A stretch of DNA of 64,000 nt from Anolis carolinensis (taxonomy: Eukaryota). A model generated the notes under the pieces. It ran no database searches, was not told the origin of the DNA, and worked only from the letters and a program-made list of their open reading frames with translations. This document shows, piece by piece, positions 49,757 to 62,463 of the stretch (position 1 is the first letter of the stretch; each line of letters starts with the position of its first letter). The stretch spans positions 13,593,923 to 13,657,922 of the forward strand of contig NC_085844.1 in NCBI RefSeq assembly GCF_035594765.1. Reading direction: 5' to 3'. The position numbers were made by a program, and so were the translations under genes.

Positions 49757-51125
49757 GGGCAGTCCCCAAGTTAATAATTAGCAAGAATTCCATATTAACA
49801 CCAATAATAATGGAAAGGGACTTCCCAAAGGAATTAAGGAAATAATAAATAAAGAATTGGAAAGTGAACTAAAAAAGGATAGGACATAGGATAGAATGAA
49901 AAATGAGAGAGGAACTGAGAGGAATCAATATTTCATGGCTCCAGTGGATCCAATTAGAAAAGTGGAATAAAAATTGGTGGGTCTGAAACAAAACCGGGAA
50001 ACTAGTAACGCAATTCAAGGGAAATAATACTAAAAGGATTAAAAAGATAAAATAATGAACAGTTAAAAGGAATGACAAGAAACATATATAAAATATTAAT
50101 TAAAATACAGAGGTTGAAAAAGACTAACAGGAGGAAGTAGGAATAAAAATAATAAAGAATGGGAAGGGATACGAAAAGAAAGACTGTTAAAAACATGTCA
50201 GAATAAAACTATTATAAATTAATTTGGAAGTGGTATTTAACACCGAGAAGGTTAATATTATGAACATAAACTATAATGAAAAATGTTGGAGACAGTGCCA
50301 GGAAACTGGAACATATATACATATGTGGTGAGATTGTAAATATGTAATTATTGTGATTAATTACAACAGTTACTCAGACCTCCAACTGACAAGAGCTCTT
50401 TCTTCCACCCTGGAGCTTCCACAGACATATAAACCTCCCTTGCTTAGTTTTCCAATATACCTCACAACCTCTGAGGATGCTTGCCATAGATGTGGGCGAA
50501 ATGTCAGGAGACAATGCTTCTGGAACATGGCCATACAGCCCAGAAAATTCAGAACAATTCAGTTTTTGGGAACTGGTTATAAGGGAAATAGAAAATATTA
50601 TGAATGTGGAAGTAGAAAGAATCTGGCAGAAATACTGCTATCAATATTTCTATCAATTAAAAGAGATGAAGGGAAAGATAATAGAATTGGAAGGGAACTC
50701 AAGGGCCATCTAGTCCAACCGCCTGCCAAGAAGCAGGAAAAAAGATAGGTTCTGTAGGTTTTCTCTTAACTTCAATATGTAAGTCAGAACAAGTCTATTT
50801 TTGAACTGTAGCTCCAGCCAAGTATATATATATCTTTTAGCTTTGGATAGCATAGGGAAGCGTTAACACCCCCGTGGTGTTTGTTTTGCTGCCTACGCTC
50901 CTGTTCAAAAGATTTCATTGGATTCTGATAATTGAATTTTGGAGAAAAAAAAGGCTTTTTGTGGAAACAAGGATTGGGAGCTTCAGTGGGGACACTTTCT
51001 CCCCATGATAATAACTATTCCAGGCATAGATTTCCCTTCTTTAGGGGTAGATTTTTCTCACATCCGGTTGTCTCACCCCCATGAGTCATTTGTAAGTCAG
51101 ATGTTTGTAATTTGGGGACTGCCTG
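49757..51125. mobile_element. Tigger-like MITE split by an L1 fragment (~49780-50690), itself split by a Penelope fragment (~50365-50560) and followed by a CR1 tail
   Basis: TIR halves GGCAGTCCCCAAGTTA (49758) and TAATTTGGGGACTGCCTG-TA (51125); L1 ORF2 C-terminal motifs WKWYLTP, CWRQCQETGTYIHMW. Confidence 0.65.
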
Positions 51126-51146
51126 TATTATGATCTCTTTTTGCAG

Positions 51147-51314
51147 TCACAGAAGAACTCGTCAGGCAGCGGTCAGAGCACAATAATTGTGAGATCTTTT
51201 CCTTGGAAGAAATCTCCTTGCACCAACAGGATATAGAGCGAATAGAACACCTGGACCGATGGTGCCGGGATTTGAAAATCCTCTATCTCCAAAACAACCT
51301 CATACCTAAAATTG
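51147..51314 (+). CDS. DNAAF11: DNAAF11 exon 2: (I)[55 protein letters not shown]
   Basis: 168 bp, tttttgcag / G|GTAAGC; matches the LRRC6 N-terminal LRRs. Confidence 0.96.
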
Positions 51315-51649
51315 GTAAGCATGCTTGTTTAGCAAAGGAATGTATAATTTATATTTTTACGTATTGAAAATTGTCTAAATCTGGGCTGGACAACTGTGGA
51401 GGCTTTGGGAACCATTTTTCAGTCCATGGAGGCAATTGAGCTGTTACTATTTATTTTTAATAGTTCTGTGTATTTAATTATATTTTAGTGTTTGTATGTT
51501 TAATGTTTTATATGGTACAATGTATTGTCTTTAGCATAATTGGCCACTTTGGGTTTCTTTTAAGAGGGAAACATATAATGTTTTATATAGAAAAAAATTA
51601 AAGTGTATATGAATGTATTCTGGTTGGTTGATTTGTACCTCAATGATAC

Positions 51650-51935
51650 TGAAAAGGAAGAAAGGAAAGAGAGAGAGAAAGAGAGGAAAACTAGGAAAAA
51701 TAAAGGAAGGAGAAGGAGGGGGGAAGAAAAAGGAGAGAAGGAAGATAAAAGAAAGGGGGAAAAGGTATGGAGAAGAGAAAGAAAGAAAAAAGAAGAGAAA
51801 AGAAAAAAAAAGGAAGAAAAAGAAAAGAAAGAAGATGGGGAAGGTGTATGAGAGAAAGCAGGGAAAGAAGGAAAGACAGGACACGATTAATGAGGGAAAC
51901 AGAGGAAGGAAGGAAAGAACCACGAAAGAAAATGA
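51650..51935 (+). repeat. polypurine (A/G) low-complexity tract
   Basis: ~280 bp almost entirely A/G. Confidence 0.85.
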
Positions 51936-53239
51936 ATACTTTGCCAATGCCAAGTATATACACTAGCAACAACCACAACACACAATTTCCAAAAAGGGCG
52001 GGGGAGGAGAAATGGCCAGAAGTCTATGCATTTTTTTTTGTTACTAAAAAGTATTTGTATCTGTCTGTCTGCTTTCCTGCCTATCTGTCCTTGTTCTAAA
52101 TAGACGGAGGACACTCACAATCTACTCTCAAAGCCTTTTGCAAGAAAATCACAATAACACCTTACATCAGGAATAATAATATTTTCCCATGTAATGGCCA
52201 TGATGCTTAGGAAGGACTTTCTATGTTTTGCTTTAGCCCCTTCTACACCGTCAGATAAAGCAGAAAATCCTCATTATCTGATTTGAACTGCGTTATTTTA
52301 GTCTACACTGCCATATAATCCAGTTCAAAGCCGATGATGTGGATTTTATACTGCTATATAGAAGAGGTCTTTGTTTTCTCCTTTCAGTATTTCCCTTTCT
52401 TCTGGTCATTTCTTTCCATGCAAAAGCTAGTACGAGGACGACTGAAATAAGAGAATAAGACTGAGTTCCCGGAACTGTCTCCTGAGGCCCTTTCTACACT
52501 ACCATATAAAATCCACATTATCTGCTTTGAACTGGATTTTCTGGCAGTGTAGACTGAGGCCCCTTCTTCACTGCTATATAATCCAGATCACTGAAGCAGA
52601 TAATCCACATTTTCTGATTTGAACTGGATTATATGCGTCTACACTGCCAGATAATCCAGTTCAAAATAGATAATCTGGATTTTATATAGCATTGTAGAAG
52701 GGGCCGAAGATATGCCAGTTGAAATCAGATAATGTGGATTTTTTTCTTTGATAGCCTGGATTATCTGGCAGTGTAGAAGGGACCTGAGACAGATAAGAGC
52801 CTGAATTCTGTCTTGCTTCTGATTTTGTTCAGTGAAATGGACTCCCATGATCTCTAAGAGTTACAGGGCCCATGGCAAGAGACAATTTCTCTAATCCTAC
52901 TTCTGAGATCAGGTCACATTGTGAGGATTGCTATCACAATTCCTGATTATTTTTTGGACTGAATTCAGTCTCCGGTCATCTATGTTTTACGTGAAGATGG
53001 ATCGTTTGGTTTAATCCACTGAAACCTTGCAATGGCGAGGCACTTACTACTCTTGGCTCCATGCAAAACTGTTTAGATTGTAGCTTTTTTGGGGGGTTTT
53101 TAAACTGATATTTTGTCTATAGTTCATAAATCGTAATTTTGCAATTTAACAAAATTATAGAGTTCTTTCAGTATTTAAAAGAAAATTCTCTGTCTTGGTT
53201 TCTACTTAGTTGCTATGTTTTTAAAACTTTTGAGTGTAC

Positions 53240-53720
53240 AAAGTTGAAAATATTATGAATATAAAAATTAGAAGGAATCCAGTGGAAATATTACTTTTAA
53301 TTAAAAAAAGGATGAGAAAGATAAGAAGGGAAAATTTAATAGATATGCTATTAACAGCAGCTAGATTACTAATTGCAAAATATTGGAAAGGAGAAATGAA
53401 AATACAAATTAATGAATGGTATAAAGAAGTTTGGAGAATGGCACTGAATGACAAGCTAACATCAAATTTAAAAGTAAAGAAGGGATTATGGAAAAAATGA
53501 CTTGAAGGTATTTGGAGAACATTTCTAGATAAATTATTGGAAAAAGAAGATGGGAATTTACCTCCAAATGAAGAATTGAATTTTTGGTGGGACTACAGAA
53601 GAGATGGCTCTGGAGAAGGGGTACACAGGGGTGAATGTAAATAAAAGGGAGAAATGTATAGAATATGTTTATTTAACTGTAACTTTTTTCTCAAATAATA
53701 ATAACAATGAAAAATAAATT
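53240..53720 (+). mobile_element. L1-type LINE 3' fragment
   Basis: LLTAARLLIAKYWK...EWYKEVW motif typical of the L1 ORF2 C-terminus; A-rich tail. Confidence 0.7.
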
Positions 53721-53773
53721 AAAAAAACAAAGTTGGAAATGTTTAACCTATTCTTACAAATTAACAAATATAA

Positions 53774-53884
<111 letters not shown>

Positions 53885-54674
53885 TAAAGAAAGCTTCTGT
53901 TAGTTGTCAGTGTGAGAATGATATACATGGCCTAAGTCCAGCATAATATTATTTGAGGAAAACTATGTGCTTTCTTATCACACTTGTCATTGGTTTTTTG
54001 AGTAACTAGTTTGACAGCTAGGTGCACAGCTGGAAACTGTGAAAGATTCATTATGTGGTGTAGAATATGAATTCATGGTGGGTAAAGTGTACAACGTAGT
54101 TTTTATGCAGGGCTTAGCTTCTTTTTGAACTCTAGTTCCTATTATATTACAAATCATCCATAAAAAGTTGCAGAGTGCTTCCTGAAGCGGTGTTAGACCT
54201 TAAAATATCTCCCACCAAAAACTTTTCTTTAAATCATCTGGTGGAAAATGTTGAAAAAAGAGGAAGTGACTTTCTAATTTTACTGTCTCTGTCCCTGCTG
54301 TCCCTGCTGTAGGTGTATGACGTGTCATTTACTGTATATATTCATGTATAAGTTGAGTTTGTGTATTAGCAGAGTGCAGGTTTGAGGGCTAAAATTAAGG
54401 GTTTTGATATGACCTGTGGATGAGTCAAGGATCATTCTGGAGAGAGAGAAAAGCACCAATTTCACCTCAAAAACTTTAATTAGCTTTTCCTATATCCCAG
54501 GAGTAAGGCGGGGTATAAATTCAATAAATAAAATAAATCTCAGTTTTACCATCTGTTATTTCTGTTCATAAAATAGGCATATGACCCATAATGGCATTGA
54601 GCTGAATATATGTACTCCTTAAATGCAGAATTAATAATGTCAGTATTTTAAAACATTTCACATTTTCCAAACAG

Positions 54675-54847
54675 GTTGTGAAGACTTGCAGAAACTAGAC
54701 CTGACAGCTAATTTCATTGGAGAATTGTCCAGTATCAAGTACCTGAAAAATAATATCCATCTTAGAGAGCTTTTCCTTATAGGCAACCCATGCACTGATT
54801 TTGAAGGTTATAGACCATTTGTGGTGGCAACACTTCATCAACTCAGA
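54675..54847 (+). CDS. DNAAF11: DNAAF11 exon 4: (G)[57 protein letters not shown]
   Basis: 173 bp, LRR + LRRcap, canonical splice sites. Confidence 0.96.
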
Positions 54848-55741
54848 GTATGTCGAAATTGAAATATCACTGGTAATAATCCCTTCTTTGTTCTAAGGAT
54901 GGAGCTTGGAAGTAAGGATAACATACTGCCAATACCTTACTTTTGGGATAATTAAATTGGCAACATTGTTTCTTTAAAAGGAGGGAGAAAGTGATTGCTG
55001 CACTTTATCATTGTTGGGAGTTGGAATTTTAGGCCATTTATATTACATATAATTAATATAATTGCATTGTATGCAATTTAATGTAATTAATATAATATAA
55101 GTAGCATAATTAATGTGCATTATGTGTGTAGCAAGAATGTCTTTTTAGCAATGAGTGACGGAGGCTATTTTTTCAATAGGCAAAATACTGGTATTAAGAA
55201 TAAGAGAAATCGTCTTGGTCTGTTTCAGCGTATGGATATGAGGAAGAGAGGAAATCTAGCAGTGTCTTTGAGATTGATTTAATTTAGTGCAAAGTGACTT
55301 GAAATCCCTGAAGGCTCATGCTAAAACCCATTTTTCTCAAAGATGTTGCTAAATTCCTTTCCCCCGCCTTTCTAATTTTTGGAGAGGGCAGGAGGAGAAA
55401 GGAAAGGTAGTGAGTACTTAATTACTTTTATCAATAATTTCCAGAGCTCTAGTCAGAGATCAGAAATTACTCATCCAACAAAGTAATGCAAAACACAGAT
55501 AAGCATTTATCACGTAATGTAATTAATATACAACATTTAATTGATTCATCCTTTAAATTCATCCATTAAGAAATGTTTAAGCTGTGGTTGTATATTTGTT
55601 TGGACTAAGCCCATCAAAATCAGTGTGACTTATTTCTCAAAAAATAACTAAAAAATACCGAAGAACAAGAAAATCAACAAGAAATGTATCCCTGTTTAAT
55701 AGGCAGCAGATGTATATATGTGTGTATGTAAACAGTGGGTC

Positions 55742-56060
55742 GAGCCCCCAGTGGTGCAATGGGTTAAACCTCTGTGCTGGCAGGACTGCTGACCTAAAGG
55801 TTGGGTTGATGACCTGAAGGTTGCCGATTCAAATCCAGGGAAAACACGGATGAGCTCCCCCTGTCAGCTCCAGCTCCCCATGCAAGGACATGAGAGAAGC
55901 CTCCCACAAGAATGGTAAAACATCAAAACATCCAGGCGTCCCCTGGGCAACATCCTTGCAGACGGCCAATTATCTCACACCAGAAGCGACTTGCAGTTTC
56001 TCAGGTCACTCCTGACACACACACACACACACACACAAACAAAACAAAACAAAACAAAAA
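55742..56060 (+). mobile_element. Anolis SINE2-type tRNA SINE
   Basis: Head GAGCCCCCAGTGGTGCAATGGGTTAAACC, end CTCCTGACAC(AC)n(AAAAC)n. Confidence 0.85.
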
Positions 56061-56714
56061 ACCATGGGTCCATTGTATCTATGAGGTTTGATTCCTGGAC
56101 CCTACAGTGATTAAAAAAAAATATGGATGATCATCCCCCCTACTATTAAATGGCAGTGATGGGAAGCTCATACTTCATCGTAGCCATGTTTACATGACTT
56201 CTATTTAATATATGGGGTTTCATAGTGTGCCGTCAGTGGGAATTGCAGATCAAGAGAGTCCACTGTATACGCAAATGTTTATACATATACAAATACTGTG
56301 CACCATCCTGAAAGGTGTCTGAGCTCCTTGTTAAAAATGGAACTGCTGCAGTAAAAACAAAAAAGCAAACTTCTAGCTAAATAAAAATTAAAACTCACAT
56401 GATTGATCAATATTTTTTTATTTGATAGAAACCCTTAAATAAATTATTGCCATGCTTGCCATGCAAAGAAAGAGAATAACCAAAGGCCAATATTGTGATC
56501 ATTTTGTTGACATTGGCTAACTCTCTTTTGATTTACAAAATGTATTGTAGAATGTGCAGAATGCTGAAGGATCTTGAAATCAAGTCCTACTCAAGACACA
56601 AGGCACTAAACTTTATGCATATGAAATAGTTATTGAGATTTATCAGTCTTATAAGAGTAATTTAATAGCATATAAGATGTATTTGTGAGTTTACTTGATT
56701 TTTCTTCTCCTTAG

Positions 56715-56944
56715 GTTTTGGATGGCAAAGAGATAGAACGATCAGAGAGGATTAAGGCTTTCCAGAACTTAGCTGAGATAGAAAAACAAATCCAAGAGCA
56801 GGAGCAAGCCTATCTTCTCAAAAGAAGAAAAGAAAAAGAAGAGGCTGAAAAACAGATGCAAGAAAAGAAAGAGAAGAAGCGGAAGCAAAAGAAACACAAT
56901 CTGAGAGTTAATGGACAACGGTGCACAGATATCAGTGCCACCAA
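56715..56944 (+). CDS. DNAAF11: DNAAF11 exon 5: [76 protein letters not shown]
   Basis: LDGKEI..SERIKA motif, coiled coil; ccttag acceptor, AA|GTATGT donor. Confidence 0.95.
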
Positions 56945-56984
56945 GTATGTGCATGCATCTGTTTATTTTGGTTATATATGAATA

Positions 56985-57485
56985 AACATATTCTGGTAGG
57001 AAAACGTATCTCCCCCTATGAACCACCTCAGAGTTTAAGATCGCCTGGGGAGGCCCTGCTCTCGGTCCCACCTCCTTCGCAAGCGCAACTGGTGGGGAGG
57101 AGAGACAGGGCCTTCTCAGTGGTGGCCCCCTGGCTGTGGTACTCTCTCCCTAGCAATATTAGATCAGTCCCCTCCCTCCTAATCTTTAGGAAGAGAATAA
57201 AAACTTGGCTCTGGGAGCAGGCCTTTGATAAATAGCGCAGTGCAAAAAAAATGTTTTACCTGGAAATCGTGCAATGGATTTTGGAACTGCTTTAGTCCTT
57301 GCCTTTGGATGATGTGTCTCATAGTGGAATGTATTTTAATTATGTTTTATGTCTGTTTTAATTTTTATAATTCTATTTCATGTTTGTGTTTTATGTCCAA
57401 GGCACTGTATAAGTGCAGTTTGTAAGCCGCCTTGAGTCCCCCTCGGGGTAGAGAAAGGCAGGATATAAATATGGCAAATAAATAA
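56985..57485 (+). mobile_element. L2 LINE 3' fragment
   Basis: RAFSVVAPWLWYSLP...KTWLWEQAF and tail TGTAAGCCGCCTTGAGTCCCCCTCGGGG...AAATAAATAAA. Confidence 0.85.
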
Positions 57486-58449
57486 ACTACTTAGCATATG
57501 GCTAACATAAGGGTGTCACACATTTCTCTAAATCTGGAAATCTGTTAGGTCACTAGCATAAAACTTGTACCACTCATGTAGTTGGAGTCCCGAATACATC
57601 CAGTTGTTCTGCAAACACACATAAGATCTTGCTTCTTGCTTAGAACTTGATGTATGGGGAGCTAACTGTTTGTTTACATTTTTCTTCCATTTTACCTAAC
57701 ATTCCTACCCACTATTTTATCTCCATGGGCTGTGCTTACACTAATATCAAGATGGTTTTATAGTATGTGACCAGAATACTGGATACTGAACTTACCTAGG
57801 TCAAAGTAATCTATGGCTAAATAAATATGGATTATGCTTTCAGAAAGAAACTGGAGGAGAGAAAAAAGTAACATTGGTTGACAAAATGAAATTTAAACTA
57901 TTCAAATAAAAAAGGTTATAAATAATTTGCCACATTCCTTTTGCTTTTTTGACTTTTCAGCTGATGTGTCTGAAGAACAATTGTAAAAAAAAATCTGATT
58001 TACTCCATTAGATAACTAGGCAGTGAAGGCAGCTTCTTGTATATCCTTTTAATTGTCTCTATATTGCCACAGGTATTCCTGTGACTAGTACAACCAGAAG
58101 AAACATGCAAAAGAGTAATGATGGAAGAATAGTAGCATGCAAAAAAGTTCAGATTTTGTTCAGAATGCATGGACAGTTTGCAGAAATTGTTTTTTCAATG
58201 CTTTGACTTTCTAAGAATATAATTCATTTGTTTTGCAATGGTATAAACATGCTGCCTTAGCTGCATCTGTTATGATGACCCAGTTGAAGAGGGAGTTTCA
58301 TGTCAATGAAATTAACCATTTTCATTAAGGAAGGGGACATTGCGGCCAAGTGGACTCAATTCGGCATCTCAGCCATGAGTGACGTGCACTCTATGATCTA
58401 AATAAATAACATTGTTTCAAAGGTAATCATTTTGTATATTGTTTTTCAG

Positions 58450-58638
58450 TTGCTATTCTGTAGAAGGGAGAAATAAGCACCAGAAAACTAAAGAAGAAAA
58501 CAAAGACTATGAATTGATTATGGAAGATGATGATGATGAAGAGAGAGCCTTTTGGGAGGAACCTACACCTCATACTCCAGAGGCTAGGTTAGAAGCTCAC
58601 AGATATATTGAAGAAAAAAAGAAAGCCAAAGAAAATAG
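58450..58638 (+). CDS. DNAAF11: DNAAF11 exon 6: (N)CYSVEGRNKHQKTKEENKDYELIMEDDDDEERAFWEEPTPHTPEARLEAHRYIEEKKKAKEN
   Basis: FW..P...TPE.RLE motif; tttttcag acceptor in phase 2, AG|GTAACG donor. Confidence 0.93.
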
Positions 58639-60476
58639 GTAACGGAGCTTTTCCTGTATTTCCTAAATGGTAATACTCCCAAAGAACCTGGTCTTGAATG
58701 TCTTTAAAACAGAATTCCAAATCTTTAAAACACATTTCTTCTTTTCTGAGTGCCTTTCATGGCTGTATTTTAGAAGGCTTACATTGTTTAGTAATCCAAA
58801 CAGCCTTTACAGATTCTGCCTGTGTCAATGTTCCTGTTGGATGCTTCAGGGGCTCACAGGCTGTGATCATTGTAGCAATGGGAGAATTAAGCTGGTACAT
58901 GGGCACAGACGAGGGTACTCAAGGTCATTGCGCATAAATGTTGAAAAGTGACTCTGTTGCAGCAAGCAACAGTGCATTCTTTCGGGAACTGGGATGTTTG
59001 CTAAGCTGTTTATCCATGAGCAACTCTTAACCCAATTAGAAGTGTTGACATAACCAAAATATGCAAGCAGAAGCCTTTCCCAAGAAATTGGTACATAGAT
59101 GTCCACATACACTCTTGCATTGTTCAGAAAATCTCTTCCAAAGCTCAGTAGGAGATGCTTTTTAATCCATTAAGGACTGAGCCTGGGACTGTCTATAGGG
59201 AAGACAAGTGGCCTTTACCTCCATCAATGATTATAGCTAAGGACATGAATGAAATAATATATAAAAGACCTTAATCTTAGTGAATGCATTTCAAGCCTCA
59301 GGTATTCACAACCTGCAAAAAGGTTATGAATCTTCTTTGCTAGTTAATAACTATAGGTTTTACTAAGTCTTTTTTCAGGACTGCTTTCTGCAAATATTGT
59401 TGAGTGAAATTTATTATTTTCAGTATCTCCCTCGTGAAAATTCGAAAAAGCAAAACTTGATTTTGCCATTTTTGAAAAACAAGGACATCATTTTTACAAC
59501 ACCATTATATATCATAGGACTTGAGCACCCACAGATTTTGGTAACCTTGTGGGTCCTGTGGATACCAAAGGCCAACTGTGATTGATTATATTCAGTTTTA
59601 ACTAAGACCCCTTTCACACAGCTGTATAAAATCCACATTGTTCTGGATTATACGGCAGTGTGGAGTTAGATAACCCAGTTCAAAGCAGATATTGTGGATT
59701 ATCTGCCTTGATATTCTAGGTTATATGGCTGTGTGGAAGGGCCCTAAGTGGTGAAAATGCAAGCAGCTGCATAAGCACTATCACAACAAATAATATTAGT
59801 TAACATGTGATTTTAATGAGTCTTTGTAAAGTCATTGCATTAAAACATGTATCTGTCCACTAATGAGACCCAACTCTATTCCCTCTTCTATTCAAAACAA
59901 ATTATTTTAATTAATACAAATTATCAGTGTATTGTCTTTTTCATCATTGCTTCAGTTGGCAGATCTTAAAGTTCTAATTACAAAAATTCTCTAGAAATCT
60001 TGACTAGTGCCAACCCTGTTGCTATCATTGCCCACCATGAGTTTGCACATAATGGAGTCAAGCAGCAATGTTTCTATAATAGCATTAACATATGAATATT
60101 AAAGATCATCACATCCTGGTTTTAATTATACCCCCTTGGAATTAAATTTCATTAAAATCTTATGCTTAAGATCATGAAGTTGGAGAAGTATTATGTGGGA
60201 CATGGCGAGGCCTCATTATTTGGTCTGGCATTCAGTCCAAATGATGAGGAATTTCAGTTGAGTGTGAATTTTCTTTATTTGTTTTTCTAATGTGAAGTGA
60301 CGTATCAGGTATGTCCGTGAAGTATTAAAGTAAATGCTTTTGTGCTTTAATGAAAAATGCAATTACACCTGACAGCTTTTTCCTGTTTTTCCATTTCTAT
60401 CTTTACTGCTTCACAGAAGATATAAAAATGCAGAAATAATCTAACCTGGAAACTACTTTTCTTGCTTTTTTGATAG

Positions 60477-60554
60477 AGAACAATTGAAGAAAGAGAAGCA
60501 ACCAAGAACTTTGATAACCCCTGAAGGAAGAGTTTTGAATGTAAATGAACCTAA
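60477..60554 (+). CDS. DNAAF11: DNAAF11 exon 7: (R)EQLKKEKQPRTLITPEGRVLNVNEP(K); gene continues beyond the window
   Basis: PRTLIT..G..LNVNEPK motif; tttttgatag acceptor, AA|GTATGT donor. Confidence 0.95.
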
Positions 60555-62463
60555 GTATGTTAAAAATGTTTTATCTAGGGTAAACTTTGTCAGAGCAAAA
60601 TCCATAAATCATAAATTATTTTGATAATTTACAAGAAATAGATGGCGGTGCCTGACACTAACAAAATATCATAACCTAAATTAGAAAAATATATGGTTTT
60701 ACATACAAACATTTTCACAAATTTTCTTTAAATTCAGATACTGGTTTCTCTTTCTTTGGAGAATCAGAATTTTAAGAAAGATCTAAGTACCAACTTTTAT
60801 GTTGGTTGAGTAGAATTAATAATGTTGTCACCTTTGCTACCTTTTATGTCCAGGCTCTCATCACAGTTCTCATCACGGGTAATATATCATTTTATTGATA
60901 CAAAGTGAATGATTTAAATGCAGCATACTTAAATGCTATGAGGAGAAAGACAAACAATTGCAAGACAGAAATATTGGTGTTTACCTACATTATCTCACAA
61001 GACAAGCACTGTTTTACCTATGTCTTCATGTCATTTAAAAATATGTTGGCAGCTGTACAAAAAACCAGGAGTAGCTTGCCTCTGAGAGACCAACAAGTAT
61101 GCAATACCTTAAAATGTTTGTTGACAGATTAGACATATGTTTCTGAGAGTAACAGACAGATTAGAGAAAGCTTCCAGGGCCGCAGAAACTTGTGTTGTCA
61201 ATATTACTGGATGATATACACTATTATCCTCCTACCATGAAGTCATTCTGAAGGTCTGAGCCACAACTTCCCTTCATGGTTTAATTGCCACTGATGAACT
61301 CTGATAAACACAGCCTGTGAGGATACCATACATCTGGTAGCTTCTCCCAAATTACAATAAGGTGCATTTAATTAAGAAATTAATTTCATTTAATTAAAAA
61401 ACACAGACACTGGTACAAAGAATCAAGAATCCTTACAGCAGAGCTTCTTGCTTGGTGCCAACTCTGAATTCACTTACAATCCCTCACTTGGGTGGGGAGA
61501 TGATGAGGGAAGCTGTATGATATCAAATGCAATCATCATAGCTCTTCTTTGGTCCTCCAGCTATTTTGAACCTCAACTCCCCAAAGTCCAGCCAGCTTGG
61601 CCAAAAGTCAGGAATTCTGAAGCTGAAGTCCAAAACATTTGGAAGACCAAAGTTTGGGAAACAGTGAAATGCCTCTTTCAATGTATTCTAATGTCTAAAG
61701 TCATATAGGAAGAACTTTTATTCTTCATATACGGAATTTGTTCTCCAGATGATTATTGTAAATTTATCATTCAATCATGATTCTTTGCTTCCATTTAAAA
61801 AGAGCACAAATCAGGTGTTCAGATTCTGTGTCATAACTGTTTCCATCTATAGTCACTCAGGACAATCATAGCCTTGCTTTTCTTGCATGCTTACAAGGAA
61901 TTTGTACATGTTTCTGTAATGATCTGTGTCATGTAAGGTGACCTTTAAAGTTAACATGGGAGTTGTGGTGGTGTGGGTCTACTGTTCAAAGAAAAGTGGT
62001 CTTGCCTGAAGTAGCTCTTTCGATCGCCTGCTAATGTCATGTGACTTGGTAGTAATCTTTAAATATCTATCCACAAGATGTTTTAAAAATGTTGAATTAA
62101 TGAGATCAATGCATTTCACAGAAATGATACTATTAAATTACTGTATTGCACTCTTGAGGGCTCAGTGAGCTTCAGCTGCCCTGTATATTAGGTCGGGTTG
62201 TTTTGCAGAGTATGGTCAGAGCATAAAAAAGTTATCTGCAACTATGAAGATACAAGATCAAAAACATACTGATTCATTTTTGTTATCCCCTGCCTTCATG
62301 GGGTATTCTTTCTACTAGTTAAAGAACATCTGAAATAAAAATTCATAAGTACTATAGGGACAGATGTGCTTTGCATCTAGGAGAGTCTAGGTTCAGTTAC
62401 TAGATAGTATATGATGAAATAGATGAAGTATATGGGACCATGAAATGCTGCTGCAAGTCACTA

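Noticed and set aside
51531-52114. Lys/Arg/Glu-rich and Phe-rich ORFs
   Set aside because: Translations of a polypurine low-complexity tract.
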